From Octopus vulgaris (taxonomy: Eukaryota), in assembly GCA_951406725.2 (NCBI GenBank), contig OX597816.1, positions 16,492,001 through 16,556,000 on the forward strand: 64,000 nt of DNA, given 5' to 3'. Under the pieces are notes generated by a model. That model saw only the letters and a list, made by a program, of their open reading frames with translations. It was not told the DNA's origin and did no database searches. Position numbers and translations under genes: made by a program. This document shows positions 26,401-39,477 of the stretch, in pieces. Positions within the stretch are counted from its first letter, which is position 1. Each line of letters opens with the position of its first letter.

Positions 26401-27629
26401 TAGAGTTTTGTCTCTTGTCCTCTGTTTTTCTTAATAGTTTTTAGTCAGGGTGTAAAGGAGTATATCAGTTTACTGCTGGAAAAATCTGTTTTCAGGCTTG
26501 AAGGATTTTGATTCAACCAGCAACTAGTTCAGAGTATTCTGTCAATCTTTAATGCTCATAGCTACATGCTGAGTGAACTGGAGGCAGTAAGGTGCTTTGC
26601 TCAAGGACACAACATGCCACCTCAAGCAGGAATTGAACTTACGACCTTCTGGTTGAGAGCCCAGTTGTTTAACTATTAGGCCATATGCTTCCCCACAATC
26701 AGTTGGCACCGTGTAAAAGGCACCCATCCTAGTACCAGTGCAGGCACCACATAAAAAGCACCTGTCCCAGTGCCTTGTATAAAGGAACCAGTGCTGACAC
26801 TATGTAAAAGACCCCAGTACACTCTGTAAAGTGGTTGGTGTTAGAAAGGGCACCCAGCCGAAAACACCATGCTGAAACAGATGACTGGTGCTTGGTGTAG
26901 CCCCTGATTTGCCAGCCCCTGCTGGACCATCCAACCAAGCATGGAGAATGGATGTTAACTGATGATGATTAAACCATTACTTTTAGCATAACTCTGAGAA
27001 GGGGATGAAGAAACAGGTGGCTTTGCAATATGAAGGGATTCACCAAAGGCAAACAAGGGCCCTGTGGTGGTATTTCACTGGGGGATGGATTAGGTCAATG
27101 ACCCTCCTTCACAATGCACAGTTCATCTAAGAGGCTAACAGTTTCTGTCTTCTTAGTTTCAGTTTAAATCCTCAGTCCTGTCTGAGCTAACAGTAGGAAG
27201 CTGTTTCCCAAGATACCAAGCAGTGGGATTGAATCTAAAATCATGTAACTGTGAAGCAAAAATTCTTAAAAGCCACATCACCATGCTTGTGCCCATGATT
27301 GATACCTTGCACAAAAGTCATGGAGTAGAACAATATTTTATGTGTATGCATTGAAATGAATCTTTTGACAGCAAACCCTTAGACTTCCATACTTATGATA
27401 TTCAAATTCAATAAGCAGTTTTCTTTGTTGTTGTACATAAAAATGTAATAACAATTCCTTTATATAAGAGAGACATAAAAAGGGAATATCGATAAAATTG
27501 TTAAGTACGGATGTCTTTTAAGTAGGCGCCATTGCATGAAGTTGGAAAGTCATACATACATACACATACATCATGATAATGATGACACACACATATATAT
27601 ATATATGTCTTGTATTTGTATATGTATAA

Positions 27630-27695
27630 TATATATCTCCCTCAATATATGTCTGTGTGTATATATATATATATCTCCCTCTATATATGTCTGTG

Positions 27696-27737
<42 letters not shown>

Positions 27738-27832
27738 CCTCTATATATGTCTGTGTATGTATATATATATCTCCCTCTATATATGTCTGTGTATGTATAT
27801 ATATATCTCCCTCTATATATGTCTGTGTGTAT
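27630..27832. repeat. Compound TA-rich minisatellite (about 34-bp unit)
   Basis: Repeated atctccctctatatatgtctgtgtatgt(at)n. Confidence 0.8.
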
Positions 27833-29036
27833 ATATATATATATATATGGATATATCCAAGAAAGATAAAAAGAGTCCTTTTCAAAACAAACTGACTGTA
27901 AGCTGCTCTCTCAAGAACTTCTTTCTTCTTTTTACTGGTTTCAGTCATTGAGCTGTGACTGTTCTGAAGCTCTACCTTTAAGGGATTTTAGTTGATTCTA
28001 TCAAATCCATTACTTTGTTTGGTACTTAATAAATCAACCTCGGAAGGAAGAAAAGCAAAGCTGCCCTTGACATAAAGGGACATAGCCAGAACATAAAGAG
28101 ATATAACCAAATAACACAAGATATTTTTGTTAGATCTTCTCCTGATTCTGCATCTTCCACCAATATTATATAAATATGTATATATATATAAAACACATAA
28201 ATGTTATAGTTAACTATTATATAGATATATTGTGTGCGTATGTATGTATATATATACATATATAGGAGCAAGCACAGCTGTGTGGTAAAAAGTTCACTGC
28301 TCAACCACATAGTTCTTGGTTCAGTACCATTGTGAGGCACCTTGGGCAAATGACTTCTACTACAGCCTTGGGTCAACTAAAGCCTTGTGGGTAGATTTTG
28401 GTCAACGTAAACTGGAAAAAACTCATTCATCATCATCACCATCGTAGTTTAATGTCTGCTTTCCATGGTGGTATGGGTTGACTGAGGGCTGGCAAACCAG
28501 AAGGCTGCACCAGGCTCCAATCTGATCTAGCAGAGTTTCTACAGCTGGATGCCCTTCCTAATGCCAACCACTCCGAGAGTGTAGTGGGTGCTTTTTACAT
28601 GACACTGGCATGAGAGCCAGTTAGGTAGTACTGGCACTCACCACATTTGAATGGTTTCTTTATGTGCCACTGGCATGGGAGCCAGTCAGACAGCACTGGC
28701 AATAACCACACTCGAATGGTGCTTATGTTTCACTGGCATTGACCACACTCGAATGGTCCTTTTTACATGCCACTGGTACAGGAGCCAGTCAGGTGGCACT
28801 GGCATTGACCATGCTTGAATAGTGCTCTCCATCCAGCTGTAGAAACACTGCCAGATCAGACTGGAGCCTGGCACAGCCATCTGGTTCACCAGTCATCAGT
28901 TAAATCGTCCAACTCATGCTAGCATGGAAACTGGACGTTAAACGATGATGATGATGTTTACAGTCTTAAATTTTTATGTCATTCACATACAACCACAAAT
29001 ATCTCCCACCAGATTTATACATCTGGAGGCAAGAAG

Positions 29037-29329
29037 TTCCAGAATGTTATTAAAAATAATTCTGTAATCATTAAAAAAGCTATGAATTAACGACTCTGTA
29101 TATGAGATGCTTATGTGTAGACACCCTCAATCAAAGACAAACTTATTTAAGGAAAGTAGACCCTAATGTATGATACGTGAACTTCCAGAATGTTATTAAA
29201 AATAATTCTGTAATCATTAAAAAGCTATGAATTAATGACTCTGTATATGAGATGCTTATGTGTAGACACCCTCAATCAAAGACAAACCTATTTAAGGAAA
29301 GTAGACCGTAATAGATGTATGATATGTGA
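29037..29329. repeat. Tandem duplication of a 146-bp unit
   Basis: ttccagaatgttattaaaaataattctg... starts at 29037 and 29183, few differences. Confidence 0.9.
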
Positions 29330-29360
29330 TAAACTATTTCTACATTAAGTTGTGACTTAC

Positions 29361-29604
29361 TTTTTGTTCAATGGTTGATCCGACTTTTAGTGTTTTTACC
29401 GCCACAGGCTGCCAACCTTGATCATCGAGGAATGCCTCTCCTCCAAACACAGTACCAAATGCTCCTGCGCCTAGTTTTCTGTTTAATACCACATTATCTC
29501 GAGGTAATTCCCAGCCATCAAGAGATAGGCACCGGGAGAATCGAGTAGATAATAACCCGAGTTCTTCCATTTTCTGGTTCGAACCTCTGTTACGTCTGCA
29601 ATAC
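29361..29604 (-). CDS. VKR: VKR exon D: juxtamembrane region and kinase subdomains I-II
   Basis: cccaag acceptor and gtaagt donor; YCRRNRGSNQKMEELGLL...WELPRDNVVLNRKLGAGAFGTVFGGEA...VAVKTLKVGSTIEQK contains the GxGxFG loop and VAVK lysine. Confidence 0.95.
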
Positions 29605-30860
29605 CTTGGGAAAAGAAAATAAGAAAAAAAAAAATTTGAGAAAAAAACAACAAAAAACAAACTATTACATAATATTAGGTTTCTTTATCAATTTAAAGAA
29701 TTAAAACATAACACGAGAATTTCAATTAAATGTTGAGATAAACTAAAGTTTACATCTTGTGTAAATTTGTTTCTTGAAATCTGTGAAGTAATACAGATTT
29801 TTGTGATTTCAGTCACCATTTACATCTCTACCGAGAACAAAACTACCATTGATAAAATCAACATCAAAACCCCCCTTTCTATTGATGCTATTATTAGCTT
29901 ACTCTTATTTATTTCTTTACAAATACAAACTGAACATTTTTTTTTCTACCTTCTTTTATCACATCATTTTCTGTTATTAAACCAATTCTTTTAGATCAGC
30001 TCTAACAATTTCCAATTTTGCTTGGCTTTGTGTTTGTTCCTCTTACAATACAGGCACATCACAGTTATTCATTCAGTTCTCATTATTCAAGCACATAACA
30101 TGTCTAAGCAATTTTATTTTTATTAATAAGTACTAGAGACAATACACAAATTCTATTGATTTTTTTCGGAAAATGATATTAACTAATGTATTAATGTAAT
30201 AAATAAATATTCAGGCAATAAAAAAAAAACGAAAAATAAAAACACTGTTATAAATTGTCCGCTCTGGAAAATTCGGTTAAAATCTCATTTCCCATTTGTG
30301 AAAAACAACTAAAACCTTATACCATAAACAGATCCTTCATTTAGAGTTTCCTCATTATCTATTTGATTCTCTAAGGCTTAAGTTTCCCTCCAGCTTCTGC
30401 TTGAAGCCTCCAAACCTTTCCTCTTTCATAACAGTTACATACCCAAACAATCCTATTACTGTTCTGAGTAGTAAAAGGACAATTGATTACTCTTATTTAT
30501 CAAATCTCAATAAACAGTATTGTTTTATAATAGTTCTGAGTAGAATAGCCCATAAAAGTTTGTAATATAACATGAAAGAAAAACAAAAACAACTACAAGA
30601 AAAAACTGAAAAAAAAAATAGCGATTATTTGTTTCGCAATCAGTCAATCAAGAGTAGTTTAATTGATGAAAAGTTACACAGGTGCAATTAATTAATTAGC
30701 AGTAATTATCACTCTTCAAGATAATTCAATTGAACATCTGAACTTTCATACACACAATTTATACACACAGGCACTATTTGTGCATACAAGCATACAGTTT
30801 ATAAATACAGATACAGAAGTTATAGATAGGTAGTGATTTATCAATGCAAAAATGACTTAC

Positions 30861-31002
30861 CTTTGTCTTATAATTATAAGAACAACGGATATGATGATAG
30901 AAAAGAAACCAAATGCCATGACATTTGCAAGAATTACAGCCATTTCACAGTTGACATTCAAGAAAGCTCGAAACTTCTCTATATGGCATTCAGTGACTTT
31001 TT
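30861..31002 (-). CDS. VKR: VKR exon C: Cys-containing stalk and single transmembrane helix
   Basis: tttcaag acceptor and gtaagt donor; (E)KVTECHIEKFRAFLNVNCEMAVILANVMAFGFFSIIISVVLIIIRQ(R); hydrophobic stretch followed by basic residues; phases 1 and 2 fit. Confidence 0.9.
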
Positions 31003-32747
31003 CTTGAAATAAAAATGGAAATTTAGGATAGAAAGAATTAACCATTTCTGTGGTTTCAACGCTGATAAGACAAATGCAATCAATATATTAGCAATTCTAA
31101 AGGAAGACTACAATATACATTTTCGCAAATAATCCTTATTATAATTGAGACAATGTAAGTATATCAATATATGTAACTGAAACAGTGCCACTTACTCATT
31201 CACCAATCGCATCACTAAATATTGGTTTGTCAGATAAATTTGATAATATTTTTCTATTTATTTTAATCTTTTCAATGTTATTTGAATTAAGATTTTAAAA
31301 AAAAATTGTTTTTGTTTTGTAGATCTAATCTTCCTCAACAACATTTGTTTATTGTTTTTGAAATCTGAATAAATTCTACTTATTTTTAGACACATGATGA
31401 TGGAATACCAAATAGAAATAAACAAACAAACATTTATCTGACAACCCAATAATTCATACCTCAGACTACCTCTTACTCTATCTTTCACATAATTAATTCT
31501 ATGAAGGAATGAAACAGAAAGTGCAAGAAGGTAAAATAGACATTGTGGGTGAGAAAGGAATTGTCTGGCCTACCAAAGACTATTTTCTCAAATGTATGTC
31601 AGCTGACTTTGGTTTTCAGTAAGAAAGCTTCTACATGCCCACTCAACCTACTAGATATAGTAGCCAAATCTCCTTCAAATCCCACCCTACTGCATTTATC
31701 CAACACATCCCTAATGGTTGAAATGGATAAATGTAGTTCAGAAGTAGTTCAATGACAGAAGGGTCGGTCATGACTGGAGTGCCATTCATCATTGTTCTGT
31801 TTAATCAGGACTGATCTGGAGCTAAGCAATATCAACAACCATATTTACTTTAAACCAATAAAAGAAGGCCTTTTACATGGTTGTTTGACTTGCTAAACAT
31901 AACAACTCATCATCATCATTGTCATTTAATGTCTGCTTTCCATGCTGGCATGGGTTGGATGGTTTGACTGAGGGCTGGTGAGCCAGAAGGCTGCACCAGG
32001 TTTCAATCTGATCTGGCAAAGTTTCTACAGCTGGATGCCCTTCCTAATGCCAACCACTCCGAGAGTGTAGTGGGTGCTTTTTACGTGGCACCCAGGTGGT
32101 ACTGGCAACAACCACACTTGAATGGTACTTTTTACATGCCACCAACATGGGAGCCAGTCAGGTGGTACTGGCAATGATCATGCTCAAGTGGCATTTTTTA
32201 CATTCCACTGACATGGGACCAGTCAGGCAGCACTGGCATCGACCATGCTCGAATGGTGCATTTTATGTGCCAATCAGGCAGTACTGTCATCAGCCACTCA
32301 GTTTCTCCCAATTCACACATTCAGGAGGGCAGTATTTCTTTGGATTTTGAATTACCACATGAAATTTTTGTTCAAATAAGTTATTATTCATGTCAATGTG
32401 ATTAAGGTTTGCTAGGAATAACATTTAAACAGAGACCAATATTCTGTGAAGTCGGGATCAAGGCAATTATGCATAACTAAGAAAACAGGAAATGCATAGT
32501 TTTACGATGCATAGTTTGTAAGTCCTTAACTCTGATAAATTACATCTAAATAGTTCTGAGATTCTTGTTAAGTGGAATTCTTTTAATTCTTCTAAATTGT
32601 CCAATCTATCACTTCTCAACCAAAGTATTCTGTAACTAATACATCAGGCACAGTAAACATAACCGGTATTGACTAGTTGCTTTTATTTTATGTCTCTTTT
32701 TGTATAAGAATTCCATTCTCTAACCACTTGAAATACTGTTTCGAAAA

Positions 32748-33128
32748 TACCTATTTCTTTACGACCAACAAGGGACAAACAAGGACAAACGGATTAAGTC
32801 AATTATATCGACCCCAGTGCGTAACTGGTCCTTAATTTATCGAACCCGAAAGGATGAAAGGCAAAGTAGACCTCGGCAGAATTTAAATTCAGAACGTAAA
32901 GACAGATGAAATACCTATTTCTTTACTACCCACAAGGGGCTAAACACAGAGAGGACAAACAAGGACAGACAAACGGATTTAGTCAATTATATCGACCCCA
33001 GTGTGTAACTGGTACTTATTTAATCGACCCTGAAAGGATGAAAGGCAAAGTTGACCTCGGTGGAATTTGAACTCAGAACGTAACGACATTTCACCCGGCG
33101 TGCTAACGATTCTGCCAGCTCGCCACCT
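32748..33128 (-). mobile_element. SINE family B, dimeric form
   Basis: Same internal junction (gaaatacctatttcttta) as 18376-18777. Confidence 0.8.
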
Positions 33129-33359
33129 TAACTGTTTCAAAAATACCATTGAGCCAATGAGGACCCTTAATGTAGTTACTTGTTCTGGTAGAAATAGCAG
33201 CTATATCTTCCTCAAAATAACATCTACCATATTAAGAGAGGTAATGTAGTCTTAAGTACAGAATGACTGAATATATATGTGAAGACCAAGTCCTAACATG
33301 CCTTTGTTCATGGGTCTGTGTGATCAGGGCTGGTCCAGAATTGGTGAGAAGTTGCAGCA

Positions 33360-33662
33360 ACAACAAGAATAAGGAAGAGTAGGAAGAGAAGAAGAGGAAA
33401 GGAGGAGGCAGAGGAGGAATGGTGGAGGTGGAAAAGGAGCAGAGGAGGAAGAGAGGAGGCAAAAGAGGAGAGGTGGAAGAGGAAGAGAGGAGGCGGAGGA
33501 TGAAGAGGAAGAATGGTGGAGGTGGAAAAGGAGCAGAGGAGGAAGAGAGGAGGCAAAAGAAGAGAGGAGGTGGAGGAGGAGGGGTGGAGGAGGAGGAGTG
33601 GCAGCAGAGGAAGAAGAGTGGAGGCAGAGAAAGAAAAGTGGGTGGGGTGGAGGAGGAGGCAG
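33360..33662. repeat. GA-rich low-complexity tract with a 94-bp-spaced duplication
   Basis: gaatggtggaggtggaaaaggagcagaggaggaagagaggaggcaaaa occurs twice. Confidence 0.8.
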
Positions 33663-34793
33663 TGGGAGTTGTACTTGGCTACTGATCTAACACAGCTAGA
33701 CTATGAAACTTTGTCTCCCCAGGGAAACTAATTCTAAGATTCTAATACAATGTACGGAACTCACAAACTCTTATTGCACTTCATTGCATTCATCGATGCG
33801 CTCCCCCACCTAACCCCCCATTATGATGACACAATAATTTATTCAGATACTCTGTTAACCCCTGCAACACTGTTGAGACAAGAAGGCCAGACATGATTAT
33901 AGAGGGCAAAATAAACAAACATTATATGATCATAGATTTGCAATTCCCTATGATAGCAGAGTCGATACTTGGAAGACAAAAAAAACAACCTCTCAGCAAC
34001 AAAATGGTCGTTAAATATCATAATATATTACATAAATATAAATAATATAAGTTATAATTAGAACAGTATGGATTCTCTGAATTATTTAACTTCATCATTT
34101 TTGTCTCTATTTTCAAAACTATATTCGATTTAGTCTCTTAAAGAGCCCTACTTTTGCATATGTATATGTCCAAACATTGAATCAGGAACATATAAAATGG
34201 TATTTCTAAAACAGAATCTCAATGCTCTTATCTATAAAACAACCTGCACCCAAACAAGTATATATATTTCTTTACTACCTACAAGGGGCTAAACATAGAG
34301 GGGACAAACAAGGACAGACAAAGGGATTAAGTCGATTATATCAACCCCAGTGCGTAACTGGTACTTTATTTATCGACCCCGAAAGGATGAAAGGCAAAGT
34401 CGACCTCGGCGGAATTTGAACTCAGAACGTAACGACAGACGAAAAACGGCTGCGCATTTCGCCTCCTCCTTCTCCTCACTCCCAAACAAGTATATATACA
34501 TGCATGTATGCATGAGTGTGTGTTCGTATATAAATGTATATTTGCATGTTTATGTGTGTGTGTTTGTGTGAATTTTAATTAAGTGATAATGTAACAAATA
34601 CAATAACTTTAATTAATTGGGAATATACTGATATTAACGTAAGATAAATATGTTTGAAGAATAATTAAGGAAAGCCCTAAAAAAGGCAAGGCTGACAGCT
34701 TAGGAAAAAAAAAAATCACATGTACTGAATTAAATGATAATGTAGCAAGTATAGTAACTAATTAACTGAGATGGTGGTAATAATATTAAGAGA

Positions 34794-35172
34794 GTGGAGG
34801 CGCAATAGCCCAGTGGTTAGGGCAGCGGACTCGCGGTCGTAGGATCGCGGTTTCGATTCCCAGACCGGGCGTTGTGAGTGTTTATTGAGCGAAAACACCT
34901 AAAAGCACCACGAGGCTTCGGCAGGGGATGGTGGTGATCCCTGCTGTACTCTTTCACCACAACTTTCTCTCACTCTTACTTCCTGTTTCTGTTGTACCTG
35001 TATTTCAAAGGGTCAGCCTTGTCACTCTCTGTGTCACGCTGAATATCCCCGAGAACTACGTTAAGGGTACACGTGTCTGTGGAGTGCTCAGCCACTTACA
35101 CGTTAATTTCACGAGCAGGCTGTTCCGTTTATCGGATCAACCGGAACCCTCGTCGTCGTAACCGACGGAGTG
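34794..35172 (+). mobile_element. tRNA-derived SINE family D, full length, CpG-rich (young)
   Basis: tRNA-like head ggcgcaatagcccagtggttagggcagcggactcgcggtcgtaggatcgcggtttcgattccc; probable TSD aatattaaga; second copy at 48209. Confidence 0.85.
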
Positions 35173-36511
35173 TTTCTATATAAATATTAAGAAAGAAGTA
35201 AGTATTGTTGAACAATGCTTAACAAAGCCAAATAAAGGCAAGGCTGACAAAAAGACGAAAATTGTTAAAATGAGATGATGCACCAAAGTCCTGATTAATT
35301 GAAATAACGAGGTATTTTTGCTAGACATTGATATGTTTTAGTCATATGAGATCTTTTTCATGATTGCCTCTCTAGGAAGAAACTTTAAGTAATGGGGAGT
35401 AAAAGTAATCAACTTAAATGATTGTAGTCTCAAAAGTAACATCGATTTAGAAAATAAAGTGATACAGAAACTTGTCAGCTTCACAGAAACACATTCACAT
35501 ATCCGCCCATCCATCCTTCTGTCCATCTGACCATCCCTCTATCTGTCTCTGTCTATCTATCAAACTATATATATATATATATACTTATACACACACACAC
35601 ACACATATATATATATACATACACAAATATACATATACTCCTACACATATATACATATGTATGAATAAGTTACAAGCTGTTCAATTCAGAGATTAATCTT
35701 AACAAAATATGGCATACAAAATTTTAAAATGAAAGATGAGGTTATTAACAATTATATGCCTCAGTTGTTAGGTCAAGTTAATATTTGCAATGTTGATAAT
35801 GTTCTTCTGACAGTTGATTTCATCTTTTTTTAACGTTTTCTTTTTCTTTTTACTCTTTGTAAAATGTTTGGAATTCTTTAATTTCAATCTGTCATCAGGC
35901 GACATGTATATATATATGTACATATGTGAGTGGAATAAAAGTGAACTGATAAATCTACACATTTCACAGAGGGCTCCGGCATTAACATTAAACTACAGAT
36001 GCAAACAAGTTGTACAATAACACTGTGCTTGATGAATTGAAACCAGACATATTTTACAAAACAAAAAAAACAAAGAAAAAAAAAACAAGCAACAATAAAA
36101 CTAAATAAAAGTTTAAAAAAAAAAAAAGGAAGAAAGATTGAAGTCAATAGACCAAAAAAATTTTTCATCATTAGTTCAGGAACATCACATATCTAAATAT
36201 TCAGAAATGAGAATTCTATAATCACTTTCTTGACAGAACGGAAGAATTTAAAGATCATATAATAATAATAATAATAAATCTTTGAACAAGGTATAGACAG
36301 TAACTGCATGACAATGTGAAGTATATTTGCCATCTAAATATGGCTAACCACTAAGGGTGGATGCTACTGTAGCTTGTAGCCCCAGGAGAACATCTTCTCC
36401 AGCTGGGTATTGACACACTTTCTGTGCCCTATTGGTATTTTTAAAGGGAAGCCATTCATCCCATCGTCAACCTTCGTTAGCCATATTTAGATGGAAAATA
36501 ATAATAATAAT

Positions 36512-36828
36512 TATTGTTATATTCCGGAATTGTCATTTTGCCAGTTTAGCCAATAAAAACACACGCACTATATATTTGGTATTATTTTGCTTCAGTGTTA
36601 TTTATTTTTTACATTAATCTTAATCTTATTTCGGCCAGAGTTCTTTCGTCACACTCCTGTGACCGCATCAGTAAAAAATAAATAACACTGAAGCAAAATA
36701 ACACCAAATATATAGTGCGTGTGTTTTTATTGGCTAAACTGGCAAAATGACCATTCCGAAATATAACAATATCTGTTTCAACACACGACTTCACATAAAA
36801 AATCTTGCACAACAAGTATTTAAACGTA
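36512..36828 (-). mobile_element. Second Penelope-like fold-back with the CUGAUGC hammerhead-like motif (36633-36672; 5' strand of stem I lost)
   Basis: Near-identical to the 15003-15357 element; ends about 50 bp from the exon B donor. Confidence 0.6.
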
Positions 36829-36878
36829 ATAATAATAATTACAATAATAAAAAATAATAGTTGAAAATGAAAACTAAC

Positions 36879-37177
36879 CATTTTGCCTACCATCTGCAGG
36901 AGGTTTCCCATTTGGTGAGAGCCAGCGCACCTTTCTCTTGTAAAGCCGAAGAATTCCGTTATCTGTTTCTTCATTTTCTAAATCTACAATATGGTTGCTA
37001 CCACGGATGTTTATGCGAGGATTTGTGTGGATAGTTGGGATATATTGACCAATGAGACGGGTTTCGTTGTGAAAATATTGTAGAATGTTAATTGTACCTA
37101 TGCGTTCACCTCCTTGGAAACTTATGTGACCAGATACACCATCAAACTTGGTTTCATTGATGTATTGTACTAGCTGA
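36879..37177 (-). CDS. VKR: VKR exon B: C-terminal end of the VFT domain
   Basis: ttttcag acceptor and gttagt donor (an in-frame alternative donor gtaggc would end the exon at 36891); QLVQYINETKFDGVSGHISFQGGERIGTINILQY...VRWLSPNGKPPADGRQN matches the F.GVSG...F...R and W....PP.D motifs of GABA-B-type VFTs; phases 2 and 1 fit both neighbours. Confidence 0.9.
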
Positions 37178-38876
37178 CTGAAAAACATTAATGATAAAAA
37201 TAATTGTTTAGGAGCGAAACACAAACTGTTTAACCCTTTAGCATTCATATTCTGTCAAATGTAATGCTTATTTATTCACATTGTTTTGAATTAATCATTC
37301 ATTATCTCAAAGCTTCAAGATTTTGATGATGTGATTGTTTATTTTTAGAATGAGAGGCTGGATGTGGCCAGTTTGAATGTAAAACCAGTAGAATATTAGG
37401 ACCAGGCATTCTTATTTCTTTACCGCCCTCAAGGGACTACACACAGAGGGGACAAACCAAGACAGACAAACGGATTAAGTCGATTATATCGACACCAGTG
37501 TGTAACTGATACTAATTCATATTCTGAATACATTTTCAAAAACTCTTAGTTGGGATTAAAATAAGAGCAGACCATTGAGCAAAAATGTGACTTATGATTC
37601 ACCAAGGTCCAATATAATTTTGTCAGTAAAATCTCATTAAGATTTGTTATAGGTGGCACTAGTTCACACAAATGTCTAAAACATGGCACATGTTAGATGG
37701 GGTAGGATAAGAACATATGGGTAATAAACAACTATGTAAAATTAATTTCACTTAGATTAAATAATCTGCTGTATTTTTTGTTTTCTTTTTGTAAAACATG
37801 AAGGGCTTTTGTAAAACCCCATTAGGTGAAAGTGGGTATTGAGCTAGGAAAGGCTGAGAACCAGCAAGGACATATTTCTTCACTGGAGATAGAATATGAA
37901 TCCTTGTCACTTTAGTTGATATACAATTAACATAGCCAGTTGTAATTTCCTTTATATCATCGTTTAATAAATATTAATAGGTATAGACAGTGTTTGAAGC
38001 AATTAAAGAGAATAACAATATGAAATAGAATTATCATTTATTAATCACAATGAAAAATGGTGTTGCAGATGAGAAAAGGTAGAGAACCAGACAAAATACC
38101 CTGCAGTATTTAGTTATAATTCTTTACATTCTCGGTACAAATACGATTTACTTTCACTTTCCTTTTCTTCTTGTCTGGACTTATCTTTATCATCACAACT
38201 ATTGTTATATACTCTTTTACTCTTTTTACTTGTTTCAGTCATTTTGACTGCGGCCATGCTGGGGCATGCCTTTAGTCGAGCAACTCGACCCTGGGACTTA
38301 TTCTTTTGTAAGCCCAGTACTTATTCTATCGGTCTCTTTTGCCGAACCGCTAAGTGACGGCGACATAAACACACCAGCATCGGTTGTCAAGCAATGCTAG
38401 GGGGACAAACACAGACACACAAACATACACGCACATACATATATATACATATATACGACGGGCTTCTTTCAGTTTCCGTCTACCAAATCCACTCACAAGG
38501 CTTTGGTCAGCCCGAGGCTATAGTAGAAGACACTTACCCAAGGTGCCACGCAGTGGGACTGAACCCGGAACCATGTGGTTGGTAAACAAGCTACTTACCA
38601 CACAGCCACTCCTGCGCCTATCTGTTTTTATTTTTCCTAAGCTGGTGTGGCTTAGATAAGAGTTAGTAGTCTATGGTCAGATGCCCTTCCTGTTGCCAGC
38701 CCTTGATTTTCAAGGAAGGACTTTTTTTTTAAAATTCTACTTCTCATAGGATGAAATCATGAGCTATGGGACAGATTGTTTATGTCAGAATAAACACTGA
38801 CTTGTCACAGTTTTTGCCATATGAGACAATATGAAGACACAGAAATACTCAAACACATACCTACACACACATATAC

Positions 38877-39477
38877 ACAGCACTGAATTAAACATTAAGC
38901 AAAATAAGCACATGCAGGTCGTTGCCAGTTCCGCCTGACTGGCCCCATGCCGGTGGCACGTAAAAGACCCACTACACTCTCAGAGTGGTTGGCGTTAGGA
39001 AGGGCATCCACTGTAGAAACTCTGCCAGATCAAGATTGGAGCCTGGTGCAGCCATCTAGTTCACCGGCCCTCAGTCATACGTCCAACCCATGCTAGCATG
39101 GAAAACGGCCGTTAAACGATGATGATGATGATGATACAAAAAAAATCACCTTAAAGTTGTTAAAATAATACTTGGGATACCTTATTGCTTCTAAGTATAG
39201 AAGCAAATGTGTAGTGTAAGATTAATTTTGAGGATCTGATCAAAGATTTTGCAATTAAAAAAAGTAGGAGAATTTTTTTCAAATATAAATAAAGTGAAAG
39301 TATACAAAAGCAAATATTATTACATTATTTTTCATTTTACTGCTTTGTTGTATTTTAAAAAATATAAATTTATTTTATGGTTTGTAATTTATTGTTTATA
39401 TTTTGAATTACATATATATGGGAGCACCAAAACCTTTAAAGTGCTTAGAGCCCCTATGGGTCTTAATCTGGCCCTGT
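38877..39477. mobile_element. Possible hAT-like non-autonomous element interrupted by an RTE 3' fragment (38915-39134)
   Basis: Right end ttaatctggccctg; degenerate left end cagcactgaattaa; no TSD confirmed. Confidence 0.4.

Noticed and set aside
33232-33731. E/R/G-rich and P/L/S-rich ORFs
   Set aside because: Low-complexity GA tract with no splice or domain support.
34797-34870. tRNA gene
   Set aside because: It is the tRNA-like head of SINE-D: it continues into a repeat body, has a second copy, and lacks a proper acceptor stem.
38384-38659. Recurrent MSSNARGTNTDTQT... ORF family
   Set aside because: Antisense translation of SINE-A starting at non-ATG codons; not a gene family.
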